Source of the DNA: Clostridia bacterium
Lineage (GTDB): Bacteria; Bacillota; Clostridia; Oscillospirales; Acutalibacteraceae
Direction: 5' to 3'
DNA length: 64,000 nt
Assembly: GCA_017438845.1 (NCBI GenBank)
Contig: JAFRUO010000020.1
Span: 5,349-69,348 of the forward strand
Positions within the stretch are counted from its first letter, which is position 1; each line of letters opens with the position of its first letter. Of the stretch, positions 46,429 to 55,935 are shown one piece after another. The position numbers and the translations under genes were made by a program. Below the pieces are notes generated by a model. The model ran no database searches. It was not told where the DNA came from and saw only the letters and a list, made by a program, of their open reading frames with translations.

Positions 46429-47445
46429 ATGAAATACATAGAATTTGACAACTCGAAAAAATACGACTTAATACTTCTGGGCAGAGTTGCGGTTGACCTT
46501 AACCCCGTTGACTATTACTGCCCGCTTAACGAAAGCACAACCTTTAAAAGATACCTTGGCGGCTCGCCTGCAAACATTGCGGTAGGGCTTGCAAGGCTCG
46601 GCAAAAAGGTTGGCTTTTTTGCGCGTGTGTCCGACGACCAGCTCGGCACATTTGTAACCGATTATTTTAAAAAAGAGGGTATTGATACCTCACATATCAA
46701 AAGGTGCGAAAACGGCGAGAAAATCGGTCTTACCTTTACCGAAATCAAATCCGAAACCGAAAGCTCAATTGTTATGTACCGCAACGTTGCCGCCGATTTA
46801 AAGCTCGACGTCTGCGACATTGACGAGGAATACATAAAGCAGGGCAAGGCTCTTCTTATTTCGGGCACTGCTCTTGCGGAAAGCCCCTCAAGGGAAGCCG
46901 CACTCAAGGCCGTTGCGCTTGCAAAGAAAAACAGAGTGCCGATTATTTTCGACATTGATTACCGTGAATACAACTGGAAAAACAGCGATGAAATTGCGAT
47001 ATACTATTCCTCCGTTGCAAGAGAGGCTGACATTATTCTCGGCTCCCGTGAGGAATACGACCTTACCCAGAAGCTTATCAAAGAGGGTATGGATGATATT
47101 GAAACCGCCAAATACTGGCACAATCAAAATGCAAAAATTGTTATTATCAAGCACGGCAAGGAGGGCTCAACCGCATATACCGATGACGGCGAAAGCTTCT
47201 CAATCAAGCCCTTCCCCGTCAAGCTTCTTAAATCCTTCGGCGGCGGCGACGGCTACGCAAGCGCCTTCCTTTACGGCGTTTTTGAAGGCTGGGACATAAT
47301 CGACTGCCTTGAATTCGGCTCTGCTTCGGCTTCAATGCTTGTTGCCTCCCACGCCTGCTCAGAGGATATGCCCTCCGTTGAAGCGGTTAAGGACTTCATA
47401 AAGAAGGAAAAGGAAGAGTACGGCGAGCTGATTGCAAGAGTTTGA
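46429..47445 (+). CDS. iolC: 5-dehydro-2-deoxygluconokinase (PfkB family)
   Basis: PfkB fold (GGSPANIAVGLARLG ... GGGDGYASAF) and iol context. Confidence 0.8.
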   Translation: MKYIEFDNSKKYDLILLGRVAVDLNPVDYYCPLNESTTFKRYLGGSPANIAVGLARLGKKVGFFARVSDDQLGTFVTDYFKKEGIDTSHIKRCENGEKIGLTFTEIKSETESSIVMYRNVAADLKLDVCDIDEEYIKQGKALLISGTALAESPSREAALKAVALAKKNRVPIIFDIDYREYNWKNSDEIAIYYSSVAREADIILGSREEYDLTQKLIKEGMDDIETAKYWHNQNAKIVIIKHGKEGSTAYTDDGESFSIKPFPVKLLKSFGGGDGYASAFLYGVFEGWDIIDCLEFGSASASMLVASHACSEDMPSVEAVKDFIKKEKEEYGELIARV

Positions 47446-47530
47446 TTTTGACCGTTTTGGTATTCCGTTTGAATGCATTACTGCACAGCTTTGAATTTCG
47501 GAATAGAAGCACATAATTAATAACAAAAAA

Positions 47531-48214
47531 ATGAAAAGATTTATAAAATCAAAAGCTATACGGCGCATAGTTTGTATTATACTTTGTCTTGCAGTGCTCA
47601 CGGCAGTGTTTTCGGTCTGCGTTAATGCATATATGATTTCATTTTCGAAAAAGTATATCGTCAGCTTTGACGCACTCCCGTTGGAGAGCTACGACTGTAT
47701 TATGATACTCGGTGCGGGACTTTGGAGCGGCGAACCTTCGCCTATGCTCCGTGAGAGACTTGACTTCGGGCTGAAGGCGCTTGACACAGGCTGCAGCGAA
47801 AGGCTTCTGATGTCGGGCGACCACGGCACAAAAAGCTATGACGAAGTAAACACAATGAAGGACTATGCCGCCGAAAGGGGAGTAGAGCCTGACTTTATAT
47901 TTATGGATCATGCAGGCTTTTCCACTTATGAGTCGATGTACCGCGCAAGGGATATTTTCAAGGTTGAAAGGGTGCTTATTGTCACCCAGAAATATCACCT
48001 TTACAGGGCGGTATATGACGCACGCAAGCTCGGCATTGACGCATACGGCTTTGCCGCAGAGGAATTGCTTTATCCGTTTACCAACGACGTCCGTGAGGCG
48101 GTTGCACGCGTAAAGGATTTTCTTTGGTGCATTGTTAAGCCCGAGCCGACCTACCTCGGAGATGCTGTTCCGATAATGAGCAGTCTCGGCTCGCAGACGG
48201 ATGACAGAAAATAA
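47531..48214 (+). CDS. SanA/YdcF (DUF218) family membrane-anchored protein
   Basis: N-terminal TM helix. LGAG..LRERLD...LL.SGDHG..YDEVN.M and IVTQKYHLYRA resemble SanA. Confidence 0.7.
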   Translation: MKRFIKSKAIRRIVCIILCLAVLTAVFSVCVNAYMISFSKKYIVSFDALPLESYDCIMILGAGLWSGEPSPMLRERLDFGLKALDTGCSERLLMSGDHGTKSYDEVNTMKDYAAERGVEPDFIFMDHAGFSTYESMYRARDIFKVERVLIVTQKYHLYRAVYDARKLGIDAYGFAAEELLYPFTNDVREAVARVKDFLWCIVKPEPTYLGDAVPIMSSLGSQTDDRK

Positions 48215-48231
48215 TTTTAAGGGTGATAAAT

Positions 48232-48999
48232 ATGTACGAAAGACCTCAATTTAATGAGCAAAATGAAAAAACGCTCTGTCAGATGGGCGGCAAAAATGCC
48301 GATATGCTGATGGACATCAAGGTTAAAATTCTCAAAAAAGGCGAAAGCCTTACACTGTGTGAGAAGGATAACGAAACCGCAGTATTGTTGATGCAGGGCG
48401 ATGTTGATTTCTCCTTTGACGGAAAAACCGAAAACGCAAAGCGTCGTTCTCCGTTCCTTGACAAGGCAACGGCAATTCATTTTTCAAAAAATAACGAGGT
48501 GACCTTGAAAGCAAATGAGGATTCAAGGCTCGTTATCCAACAGACCGACAATAAAAACGATTTCGGTATTCATTTCTATACTCCCGATGACCTGATGATT
48601 CAGCACTTCGGCGCAGACCAGTGGGACGGCACTGCCGACAGGCAGGTGCTTACGGTTTTTGACTATGAGTCGGCTCCCTACTCCAATCTTGTTCTCGGCG
48701 AGGTCTTCCACAAACCGGGCTGCTGGACAAGCTACCCTCCGCATTATCACCCTCAGCCTGAGGTTTATTACTATGAGTTTGAGAAGCCGCAGGGCTTCGG
48801 CGTAGGCTTTAACGGCGATGACTGCTACAAGGTTGAGGACGGCGGATGCCTTTGCATCACCCCGATGCACACTCATCAGCAGGCGGCGGCTCCCGGATAT
48901 AAAATGTGTTATGTATGGATGATACGCCATCTCGACGGCGACCCGTGGAGAAAAACAAGAATAGACGCACCGGAGCACAAATGGCTCCTTGAAGAATAA
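48232..48999 (+). CDS. iolB: 5-deoxy-glucuronate isomerase
   Basis: Cupin core with WTSYPPHYH and EVYYYEF. ATG 48232 follows AAGGG. Confidence 0.8.
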   Translation: MYERPQFNEQNEKTLCQMGGKNADMLMDIKVKILKKGESLTLCEKDNETAVLLMQGDVDFSFDGKTENAKRRSPFLDKATAIHFSKNNEVTLKANEDSRLVIQQTDNKNDFGIHFYTPDDLMIQHFGADQWDGTADRQVLTVFDYESAPYSNLVLGEVFHKPGCWTSYPPHYHPQPEVYYYEFEKPQGFGVGFNGDDCYKVEDGGCLCITPMHTHQQAAAPGYKMCYVWMIRHLDGDPWRKTRIDAPEHKWLLEE

Positions 49000-49015
49000 A
49001 AAATGAGGTGAAGAA

Positions 49016-50932
49016 ATGGCAAAAATGACTATGGCTCAGGCACTCGTTAAATTCCTTGACAATCAGTACGTCTCCTTCGACGGTAAGGAAACCAAGTTTG
49101 TAGACGGTATATTTACCGTTTTCGGACACGGTATTGTTCTCGGACTCGGAGAGGCGCTTGACTCCGACAAAGGCGGACTTAAGGTATATCAGGGTAAAAA
49201 TGAGCAGGGTATGGCTCATGTGGCGGCTTCGTTTGCAAAGATGAACAACCGCAGAAAGATAATTGCCTGCTCGTCGTCAATCGGACCCGGCTCTGCAAAT
49301 ATGATTACCGCCGCCGCAACCGCAACGGTTAACCATATTCCGCTTCTGCTTTTCCCTGCAGACGCTTTTGCAACACGTCAGCCCGACCCTGTGCTTCAGC
49401 AGTTTGAACAGGTAAATTCACTTGCTACAACCACCAACGACGCCTATAAGGCGGTTACAAGATATTGGGACCGTATTCAGCGCCCCGAGCAGCTTATGAG
49501 CGCTATGCTTAACGCTATGAGAGTGCTTACGGACACTGCCGAAACGGGAGCTGTCGCAATAAGCCTGTGCCAGGACGTTGAGGGTGAAAGCTATGACTAT
49601 CCGGACTCCTTCTTCAAAAAGAGAGTGCATAAAATTACAAGAATGCCCGCAAGCGAGGACGAGGTAAACGATATTGCCGAAATCGTGGCGGGCGCCAAGA
49701 AACCGCTCGTTATTTGCGGCGGCGGAGTAAGATACTCCGAAGCAGGCGAAGCGCTTGAGGAGTTTTGTGCAAGGTTCAACATTCCCTTTGCCGAAACCCA
49801 GTCGGGCAAAACCGCCTGCCTTTCCTCCGACGAATATAATCTCGGCGGACTCGGCGTTACGGGCAACTCGGCAGGTAACGACATTGCAAAAGAGGCTGAT
49901 GTCATAATCGGTATCGGCACACGCTTCTCCGACTTTACGACCGCATCCAAGAGCCTTTTCAGGGATGACGCAAAGTTTGTAACAATTAACACCTCACGCT
50001 TTGACGCATACAAGCTCGACGCAGTTAAGCTTGTCGCAGATGCAAAGCTCGGTATAGAGGCGCTCGGCGAAGCGCTTGCACACAAGGGTTATAAATCGGC
50101 TTATACCGACGAGATCAAGGCCGCGCGTGACGGTTGGGAAAAGGAAATGCAATTCCTTTCGGATTACCGCTACGACGAAAGCTTCAAGCCGCTTATTGCC
50201 GCAGGCGACGAGAGGACTATTCCCGAATTTGCCGAAAAGCTCGGCGTTATTACCCAGACCGCCGCAGTTGCTTTAATCAGAAAGCTTATTCCCGACGATG
50301 CTCTTTGCACTGCCGCCGCAGGCTCGCTGCCCGGCGACCTTCAGAGAATGTGGACCTCGGACAGCCGTTACTCCTACAATATGGAATACGGTTATTCCTG
50401 CATGGGCTATGAAATTGCCGGCGCGCTCGGCTCAAAGCTTGCAAAGCCCGAATGTGAGTCATATGCAATGTGCGGCGACGGAAGCTATCTTATGCTTCAC
50501 TCCGAGCTTGTAACCAGCCTTCAGGAGCATAAAAAGATTAACGTAATGCTCTTTGACAATGCAAGCTTCGGTTGTATCAACAACCTCGAAATGTCAAACG
50601 GTATCGGTAACCTCGCTACGGAATTCCGTTACAGGGATGGCGACGGAAATCTGCTCGGCGACCTTCTCGAAATCGACTATGCAAAGGCGGCTTCGGGCTA
50701 CGGAGTAAAAACCTATACCGCAAGAACAATGGAGGAGCTTGAGGCGGCAATCAAGGATTCGCTCAAGCAGGAGGTTTCGACTCTTATCGACATCAAGGTG
50801 CTTCCCAAGACCATGACCGACGGCTACGGCGCATGGTGGCATGTGGGAGTTCCCTCGGTTTCGAAAAACGAAAAGGTAAATAAAGCCTTTGACGCAAAAG
50901 AAGAAAACAGGTCAAAGGCAAGAAAATATTAA
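49016..50932 (+). CDS. iolD: 3D-(3,5/4)-trihydroxycyclohexane-1,2-dione acylhydrolase (TPP enzyme)
   Basis: 638 aa with the TPP-binding motif [13 protein letters not shown] and iol context. Confidence 0.85.
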   Translation: MAKMTMAQALVKFLDNQYVSFDGKETKFVDGIFTVFGHGIVLGLGEALDSDKGGLKVYQGKNEQGMAHVAASFAKMNNRRKIIACSSSIGPGSANMITAAATATVNHIPLLLFPADAFATRQPDPVLQQFEQVNSLATTTNDAYKAVTRYWDRIQRPEQLMSAMLNAMRVLTDTAETGAVAISLCQDVEGESYDYPDSFFKKRVHKITRMPASEDEVNDIAEIVAGAKKPLVICGGGVRYSEAGEALEEFCARFNIPFAETQSGKTACLSSDEYNLGGLGVTGNSAGNDIAKEADVIIGIGTRFSDFTTASKSLFRDDAKFVTINTSRFDAYKLDAVKLVADAKLGIEALGEALAHKGYKSAYTDEIKAARDGWEKEMQFLSDYRYDESFKPLIAAGDERTIPEFAEKLGVITQTAAVALIRKLIPDDALCTAAAGSLPGDLQRMWTSDSRYSYNMEYGYSCMGYEIAGALGSKLAKPECESYAMCGDGSYLMLHSELVTSLQEHKKINVMLFDNASFGCINNLEMSNGIGNLATEFRYRDGDGNLLGDLLEIDYAKAASGYGVKTYTARTMEELEAAIKDSLKQEVSTLIDIKVLPKTMTDGYGAWWHVGVPSVSKNEKVNKAFDAKEENRSKARKY

Positions 50933-50943
50933 GGAGAAAAAAT

Positions 50944-51837
50944 ATGCTGGACAAAAACAAGGTTAAGCTCGGTATTGCTCCGATAGCTTGGACAAACGAC
51001 GATATGCCCGATTTAGGCGCCGAAAACACCTTTGAGCAGTGCATTTCCGAAATGGCTCTTGCAGGCTTTACAGGCTGTGAGGTCGGAAACAAGTATCCCA
51101 GAGATACTGCGGTGCTTAAAAAGGCTCTCAGCCTCAGAGGCATGGAAATTTGTAACGCATGGTTCTCTTCCTTCCTTACCACAAAGCCGTATGAGGAAGT
51201 TGAAAAGGACTTTATTGAGCACATCACTTTTTTAAAGGAGATGGGTGCGAAGGTAGTCGGTATTTCCGAGCAGGGTCACTCAATCCAGGGCACTGACAAG
51301 GCTATCTTTGAAGAAAAATATATTATGAACGATGACGAATGGGAGCTTCTTTGCACGGGCATTAACAAGCTCGGTAAGGTCGCAAAGGATATGGGCATTA
51401 AGCTCTGCTTCCACCATCATATGGGTACAGTTATACAGACCGAGGCGGAAATTGACAGAATGATGGAAAACACGGACCCCGAGCTTTTCGGACTTTTGTT
51501 TGACTCCGGTCACCTTGCATATTGCGGTGAGGATTATATGTCTGTTCTTACAAAGTACGCCGACCGTATCCGCCATGTACATTTAAAGGATATCCGTCCC
51601 GAAGTAGTGGCGAAGGTTAAGGAAAACCATTGGAGCTTCCTTCAGGGCGTAAGAGCCGGCGCCTTTACCGTGCCCGGCGACGGCGGTATTGACTTCGGTC
51701 CGATTTTTGACGTGCTTGAAAAGACGGGCTATGAGGGCTATGTACTTGTTGAAGCGGAGCAGGATCCTGCAATTGCCAACCCGTTTGAGTATGCTCTCAA
51801 GGCAAGAAAATACATCAGAGAAAAAGCAGGCTTATAA
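50944..51837 (+). CDS. iolE: Inosose dehydratase (xylose-isomerase-like TIM barrel)
   Basis: 297 aa. N-terminus [18 protein letters not shown] as in IolE, and iol context. Confidence 0.8.
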   Translation: MLDKNKVKLGIAPIAWTNDDMPDLGAENTFEQCISEMALAGFTGCEVGNKYPRDTAVLKKALSLRGMEICNAWFSSFLTTKPYEEVEKDFIEHITFLKEMGAKVVGISEQGHSIQGTDKAIFEEKYIMNDDEWELLCTGINKLGKVAKDMGIKLCFHHHMGTVIQTEAEIDRMMENTDPELFGLLFDSGHLAYCGEDYMSVLTKYADRIRHVHLKDIRPEVVAKVKENHWSFLQGVRAGAFTVPGDGGIDFGPIFDVLEKTGYEGYVLVEAEQDPAIANPFEYALKARKYIREKAGL

Positions 51838-51868
51838 TCAGTAAATAATCCGAAAGGGGATAACTATA

Positions 51869-53377
51869 ATGGCAGTTGAAAAACTCAAATATTTTGTAAA
51901 CGGAGAATTCCGTGATTCCAAAACAGACACATGGTACGACCTTCACAACCCTTCAACGGGTGAGGTTACGGGTCAGGCGCCCTGCTGTACAAACGACGAG
52001 GTGCTTGAGGCAATCGAAGCGGCAAAGGCGGCTTACCCCGGCTGGCGCGCAGTGCCGGCGATCAAGAGAGCGCAGATTCTCTATAAAATCAGAGATTTAA
52101 TTATTGAGCATATGGAAGAGCTGACCATGTCCGTTGCCTGTGAAAACGGCAAGGTATGGGGCGAGGCAGAGGGCGACGTGCTCAAGGCAAAGGAAGGCAC
52201 GGAGCTTGCTACTCAGGTTCCCTCGCTTATGATGGGCGAAAGCATTATGGACGCCTCCAACGGTTATGATACGGTTAAATACCGTGAACCGCTCGGCGTA
52301 TTCGCAGGTATTGTTCCGGTTAACTTCCCTGCAATGATTCCGTTCGGCTGGATGGCTCCGACCTGCATCGCTTGCGGCAATACAATGGTATTAAAGGCAG
52401 CCTCGCTTACACCTAAAACCGCTATGCTCTTTGCAAAGATTTATAAGGAAGCAGGCGTTCCCGACGGCGTAATAAATATTGTTACCTGCTCAAGGAACGA
52501 AATCAACACGATACTGGACCACCCCGATGTTAAGGGCATTACCTTTGTCGGTTCCACACCCGTAGGTCTTAAAATTTACCAGAGAGCAGCGGCCGCAGGC
52601 AAACGCTGCCAGGCGCTTTGTCAGGCAAAGAACCACGCTCTTGTTATGGCTGACTGTGCTCTTGAGAGAACTGTCGCCGGCGTTATCAACTCTGCTTACG
52701 GATGTGCAGGTCAGCGTTGTATGGCTCTTTCCTGCTGTGTTGTTGAAGAGGCAATCGCCGACAGGTTTGTTGCCGAGCTTAAAAAGCAGGCGCAGAACAT
52801 CAAGGTCGGCCCCGCATGGCTTAAGGACTCAAAGCTCGGACCGATTACATATGAAAAGCACTACAAGGAGGTTATCGCCGACATCGACAAGGGCGTAGCC
52901 GAGGGCGCTGAGCTTGTACTCGACGGCAGAAACTGTGTCGTTGAAGGCTATGAAAACGGCTATTTCGTCGGACCGACAATTTTTGACAAGGTTACAGAGG
53001 ATATGACTATCGGCAGAGATGAAGTGTTCGGACCCGTTCTTTGCATCAAACGTTGCAAGAACTTTGAGGAAGGTCTCAAAATAATGAACGACAATCCGTA
53101 TGCAAACGGCTCGGTTATCTACACTCAGTCGGGCTATTTCGCACGTCAGTTCGCACGCTACACAGACGGCGGTCAGGTCGGCATTAACGTCGGTATTCCC
53201 GTACCCGTCGGCTTCTTCCCGTTCTCGGGTCACAAGCAGTCCTTCTTCGGCGACCTTCACTGCTTAGGTAAGGACGCATACCGCTTCTTTACCGAGTCAA
53301 AGGCGGTTACCACTCACTGGTTTGACGAAGAAGAGAAAACATCCACAAATGTTTCCACTTGGGACGGAACAATTTAA
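51869..53377 (+). CDS. iolA: CoA-acylating methylmalonate/malonate-semialdehyde dehydrogenase
   Basis: ALDH fold with GQRCMA (catalytic Cys) and FPFSGHKQSFFGDLH, typical of MmsA/IolA. Confidence 0.85.
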   Translation: MAVEKLKYFVNGEFRDSKTDTWYDLHNPSTGEVTGQAPCCTNDEVLEAIEAAKAAYPGWRAVPAIKRAQILYKIRDLIIEHMEELTMSVACENGKVWGEAEGDVLKAKEGTELATQVPSLMMGESIMDASNGYDTVKYREPLGVFAGIVPVNFPAMIPFGWMAPTCIACGNTMVLKAASLTPKTAMLFAKIYKEAGVPDGVINIVTCSRNEINTILDHPDVKGITFVGSTPVGLKIYQRAAAAGKRCQALCQAKNHALVMADCALERTVAGVINSAYGCAGQRCMALSCCVVEEAIADRFVAELKKQAQNIKVGPAWLKDSKLGPITYEKHYKEVIADIDKGVAEGAELVLDGRNCVVEGYENGYFVGPTIFDKVTEDMTIGRDEVFGPVLCIKRCKNFEEGLKIMNDNPYANGSVIYTQSGYFARQFARYTDGGQVGINVGIPVPVGFFPFSGHKQSFFGDLHCLGKDAYRFFTESKAVTTHWFDEEEKTSTNVSTWDGTI

Positions 53378-53390
53378 CAGGAGGAATAAT

Positions 53391-54404
53391 ATGTTAAAAA
53401 TAGGCATTATCGGTGCGGGACGCATCGGCAAGGTTCATCTTGAATCCATTTCTTATCACGTTAAAAACGCAACCGTAGTTGCTGTTGCGGACCCCTTTAT
53501 GAATGATGAAACAAGGGCGTTTATTGAAGGCTTCGGCGTTGAAAAGATTTATACCGATTATAAGGAAATACTTAACGACTCCGAAATCGATGCAGTTCTT
53601 GTCTGCTCATCGACCGACACTCATGCTTCTATTTCAATTGAGGCCATCAACGCAGGCAAACACGTTTTCTGCGAAAAGCCCGTTGACCATTCCGTAGCCA
53701 AGATTCAGGCAGTTGCCGACGCACTGGCAGCGCACCCCGAAATCAAATTCCAGGTTGGCTTCAACCGCCGTTTTGACCACAACTTCGCCGCAATCCGCAA
53801 GGCATATGACGAGGGCAAAATCGGCGAGGCTCATATCCTTAAAATCACTTCACGCGATCCCGAGCCCCCGAACCCGAAGTATATTGCGGTTTCCGGCGGT
53901 ATCTTCCTGGACATGACAATTCACGATTTTGATATGGCATGCTTCCTTACAAACAGTGATGTGGAGGAGCTTTACGTTAATTCGGCAGTCCTTGTCGACC
54001 CCGCAATCGGTGAGCAGGGAGATGTTGACACTGCTATTATTACAATGAAAATGGCAAACGGCGCTCTTGCGGTTATCGACAATTCACGCCGTGCGGCTTA
54101 CGGTTATGACCAGCGCGCCGAGCTCTTCGGCTCAAAGGGTATGGTAGCCACCTCAAATGACACCCTTTCATCTGCAGTAATTGCCGATGAAAACGGCGTT
54201 ACCGGTGAAAAGCCTCTGTTCTTCTTCCTTGAAAGATATATGGGCTCCTTCTCCGAGGAGATGCGTCAGTTCGTTGATGCCTGCGAAAAGGGCACCGATG
54301 TTCCCGTAGGCATTCACGCAGGAATGCAGTCTGTTAAAATCGGTCTTGCCGCAAAAAAGTCGGTCGCCGAGCACAGACCCGTTAAGCTTTCCGAGATTCA
54401 GTAA
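53391..54404 (+). CDS. iolG: Inositol 2-dehydrogenase (Gfo/Idh/MocA family)
   Basis: MLKIGIIGAGRIGKVH Rossmann start and the EKP motif (FCEKPV). AGGAGG lies upstream of ATG 53391. Confidence 0.8.
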   Translation: MLKIGIIGAGRIGKVHLESISYHVKNATVVAVADPFMNDETRAFIEGFGVEKIYTDYKEILNDSEIDAVLVCSSTDTHASISIEAINAGKHVFCEKPVDHSVAKIQAVADALAAHPEIKFQVGFNRRFDHNFAAIRKAYDEGKIGEAHILKITSRDPEPPNPKYIAVSGGIFLDMTIHDFDMACFLTNSDVEELYVNSAVLVDPAIGEQGDVDTAIITMKMANGALAVIDNSRRAAYGYDQRAELFGSKGMVATSNDTLSSAVIADENGVTGEKPLFFFLERYMGSFSEEMRQFVDACEKGTDVPVGIHAGMQSVKIGLAAKKSVAEHRPVKLSEIQ

Positions 54405-54416
54405 TTTAATCAGATA

Positions 54417-54446
54417 ACAAGGGGCTGTTTTACAGCCCCTGTTTTT
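54417..54446 (+). terminator. Intrinsic terminator ending the iol operon
   Basis: GGGGCTG-TTTTA-CAGCCCC followed by TGTTTTT. Confidence 0.75.
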
Positions 54447-54457
54447 AAGGAGAAGCA

Positions 54458-55024
54458 ATGAAAATACACTTTATGGGTAAATACAACGGCGATGAGGATT
54501 CCTTGCCCCATCTGCCGCACAGACCCGGTGCCGTGGCTTTTAAGGAACCGGATTCAAAAAGCTTTGCAATTATACTGAACATTGTAAGCATTGTGGTTTT
54601 TATTCCGCTTATTCTGTTTTTGTTCTTTTATGCCGAGCCTTTTAATATCAGCAAGTTCTTTATAGGCTCGCTTATTTCCGTTGCGGCAATGTTTCCGCAC
54701 GAAATACTGCATGCGCTTTGCTTTAAAGAGGATGCATATATATACAACAATCTTAAAAAAGGTATGCTCTTTGTTGTAGGTCCCGAGGATATGACCAAGT
54801 CGCGGTTTATCCTTATGGCGCTTTTGCCGAATGTTGTATTCGGCTTTATACCTTTTGTGATTTTTCTTATTTTTCCGTCGTTTTTGATACTCGGTTCCCT
54901 GGGCGCAATTGCAATTGCCGAGGGGGTGGGCGATTATATGAATGTGTTCAACGCATTGACACAAATGCCGAAAGGCGCGAAGACATATCTGTATAAATTT
55001 CACTCCTTCTGGTATCTGCCGTGA
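54458..55024 (+). CDS. DUF3267-type putative membrane zincin (HExxH)
   Basis: Polytopic 188-aa protein with HEILHAL between TM segments. Confidence 0.6.
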   Translation: MKIHFMGKYNGDEDSLPHLPHRPGAVAFKEPDSKSFAIILNIVSIVVFIPLILFLFFYAEPFNISKFFIGSLISVAAMFPHEILHALCFKEDAYIYNNLKKGMLFVVGPEDMTKSRFILMALLPNVVFGFIPFVIFLIFPSFLILGSLGAIAIAEGVGDYMNVFNALTQMPKGAKTYLYKFHSFWYLP

Positions 55025-55052
55025 TTTTTAATAACAAAATCAGGCTTGTTTA

Positions 55053-55081
55053 TTGACATATTGAATACTACCAATTATAAT
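55053..55081 (+). promoter_or_regulatory. Consensus promoter of the XRE regulator gene
   Basis: TTGACA (55053-55058), 17 nt, TATAAT (55076-55081). Confidence 0.65.
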
Positions 55082-55115
55082 TAATTATTGAATTATATTG
55101 AATACAGGTGATTTT

Positions 55116-55478
55116 ATGCTTTGTGACCAGTTAAAGTATGTACGAAAGGCGAATAAGTTTACACAGCAGCAGGTTGCGGATGCCATTAACATTGAGCGTT
55201 CCACATATGCTTCCTATGAAACGGGAAGAAACAGACCGGATGTGAATACACTTTCAAGCTTTGCAAAAACCTTCGGAGTTACGGTTGACTTTATTGTAAA
55301 CCTTGATACCTCCGTGCCGATGTCCGATATTAAGAAAAAATATGACAGCGGCATCAACAAAAAACAGATGGTATTAAGCCAGCTTAATTCCGATGAGAAA
55401 AACATAATTGCTTATTTCCGCAATTGCTCAAAGCAGGAAAAGCAGGAAATACTTGATCTGATTTCTAAAAAGAAATAA
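55116..55478 (+). CDS. XRE-family helix-turn-helix transcriptional regulator
   Basis: LKYVRKANKFTQQQVADAINIERSTYASYETGRNRPDV is the canonical HTH_3 motif. ATG 55116 follows AGGTGA. Confidence 0.85.
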   Translation: MLCDQLKYVRKANKFTQQQVADAINIERSTYASYETGRNRPDVNTLSSFAKTFGVTVDFIVNLDTSVPMSDIKKKYDSGINKKQMVLSQLNSDEKNIIAYFRNCSKQEKQEILDLISKKK

Positions 55479-55489
55479 AAAAGGATAAT

Positions 55490-55528
55490 AAAAAAAAGAC
55501 CCCTTGGTGCAGAATATACATCAAGGGG
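55490..55528 (-). terminator. Intrinsic terminator, strong on the minus strand
   Basis: CCCCTTGGTG / CATCAAGGGG stem (1 mismatch). On the minus strand it is followed by T8 (A-run 55490-55497 on plus). Confidence 0.65.
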
Positions 55529-55790
55529 AATTTTCATGCCGGGAAGTTACAGGACATAAGTGATTATGAAAATGAAACTGATATCTTTGGGTAAACAGTA
55601 TCATATCTTACAGCCTCTTTCAAGTGTTATGGTACAACACAGAGCTGTTAATCTTTAGGATGGGCATATCATTTATCGACCGGCAGGACTTTACCTTTTT
55701 TCTTAAAATTTGAGTAGAATATACTCCATTCGCCGTAAATGATTTTTCGTCTTTTGTTTAGCCGTATTAAATTCTTCTTTCTTCGGCTCG
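55529..55790 (-). ncRNA. Candidate unannotated minus-strand transcript (sRNA or tiny-ORF mRNA) between the XRE and HxlR genes
   Basis: Bounded by a TTGACA-17-TAACAT promoter (55796-55824, minus) and the T8 terminator at 55490-55528. No ORF longer than 46 codons and no family recognised. Confidence 0.3.
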
Positions 55791-55795
55791 TTCGG

Positions 55796-55824
55796 ATGTT
55801 AACCATGTTTGCAGTTTTTGTCAA
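55796..55824 (-). promoter_or_regulatory. Putative minus-strand promoter
   Basis: The reverse complement reads TTGACA (55824-55819), 17 nt, TAACAT (55801-55796). Confidence 0.35.
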
Positions 55825-55879
55825 ATCATTTCGGAAAAATTATTCAAAGCAGACATTACGATGTGCTATTATTCGCTAT

Positions 55880-55912
55880 AAGAAAAACCGCCTTCTAAAA
55901 AAGAAAGCGGTT
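55880..55912 (-). terminator. Intrinsic terminator of the HxlR gene
   Basis: AACCGCCTTC / GAAAGCGGTT stem (1 mismatch). The minus strand is followed by TTTTTCT. Confidence 0.6.
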
Positions 55913-55935
55913 ATCATTTGAATTAAAACAGAATA

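Noticed and set aside
55739-55921. 60-aa plus-strand ORF MIFRLLFSRIKFFFLRLVRML…
   Set aside because: It has no SD and a low-complexity hydrophobic/basic composition. It runs through the HxlR terminator hairpin and opposite a predicted minus-strand promoter.
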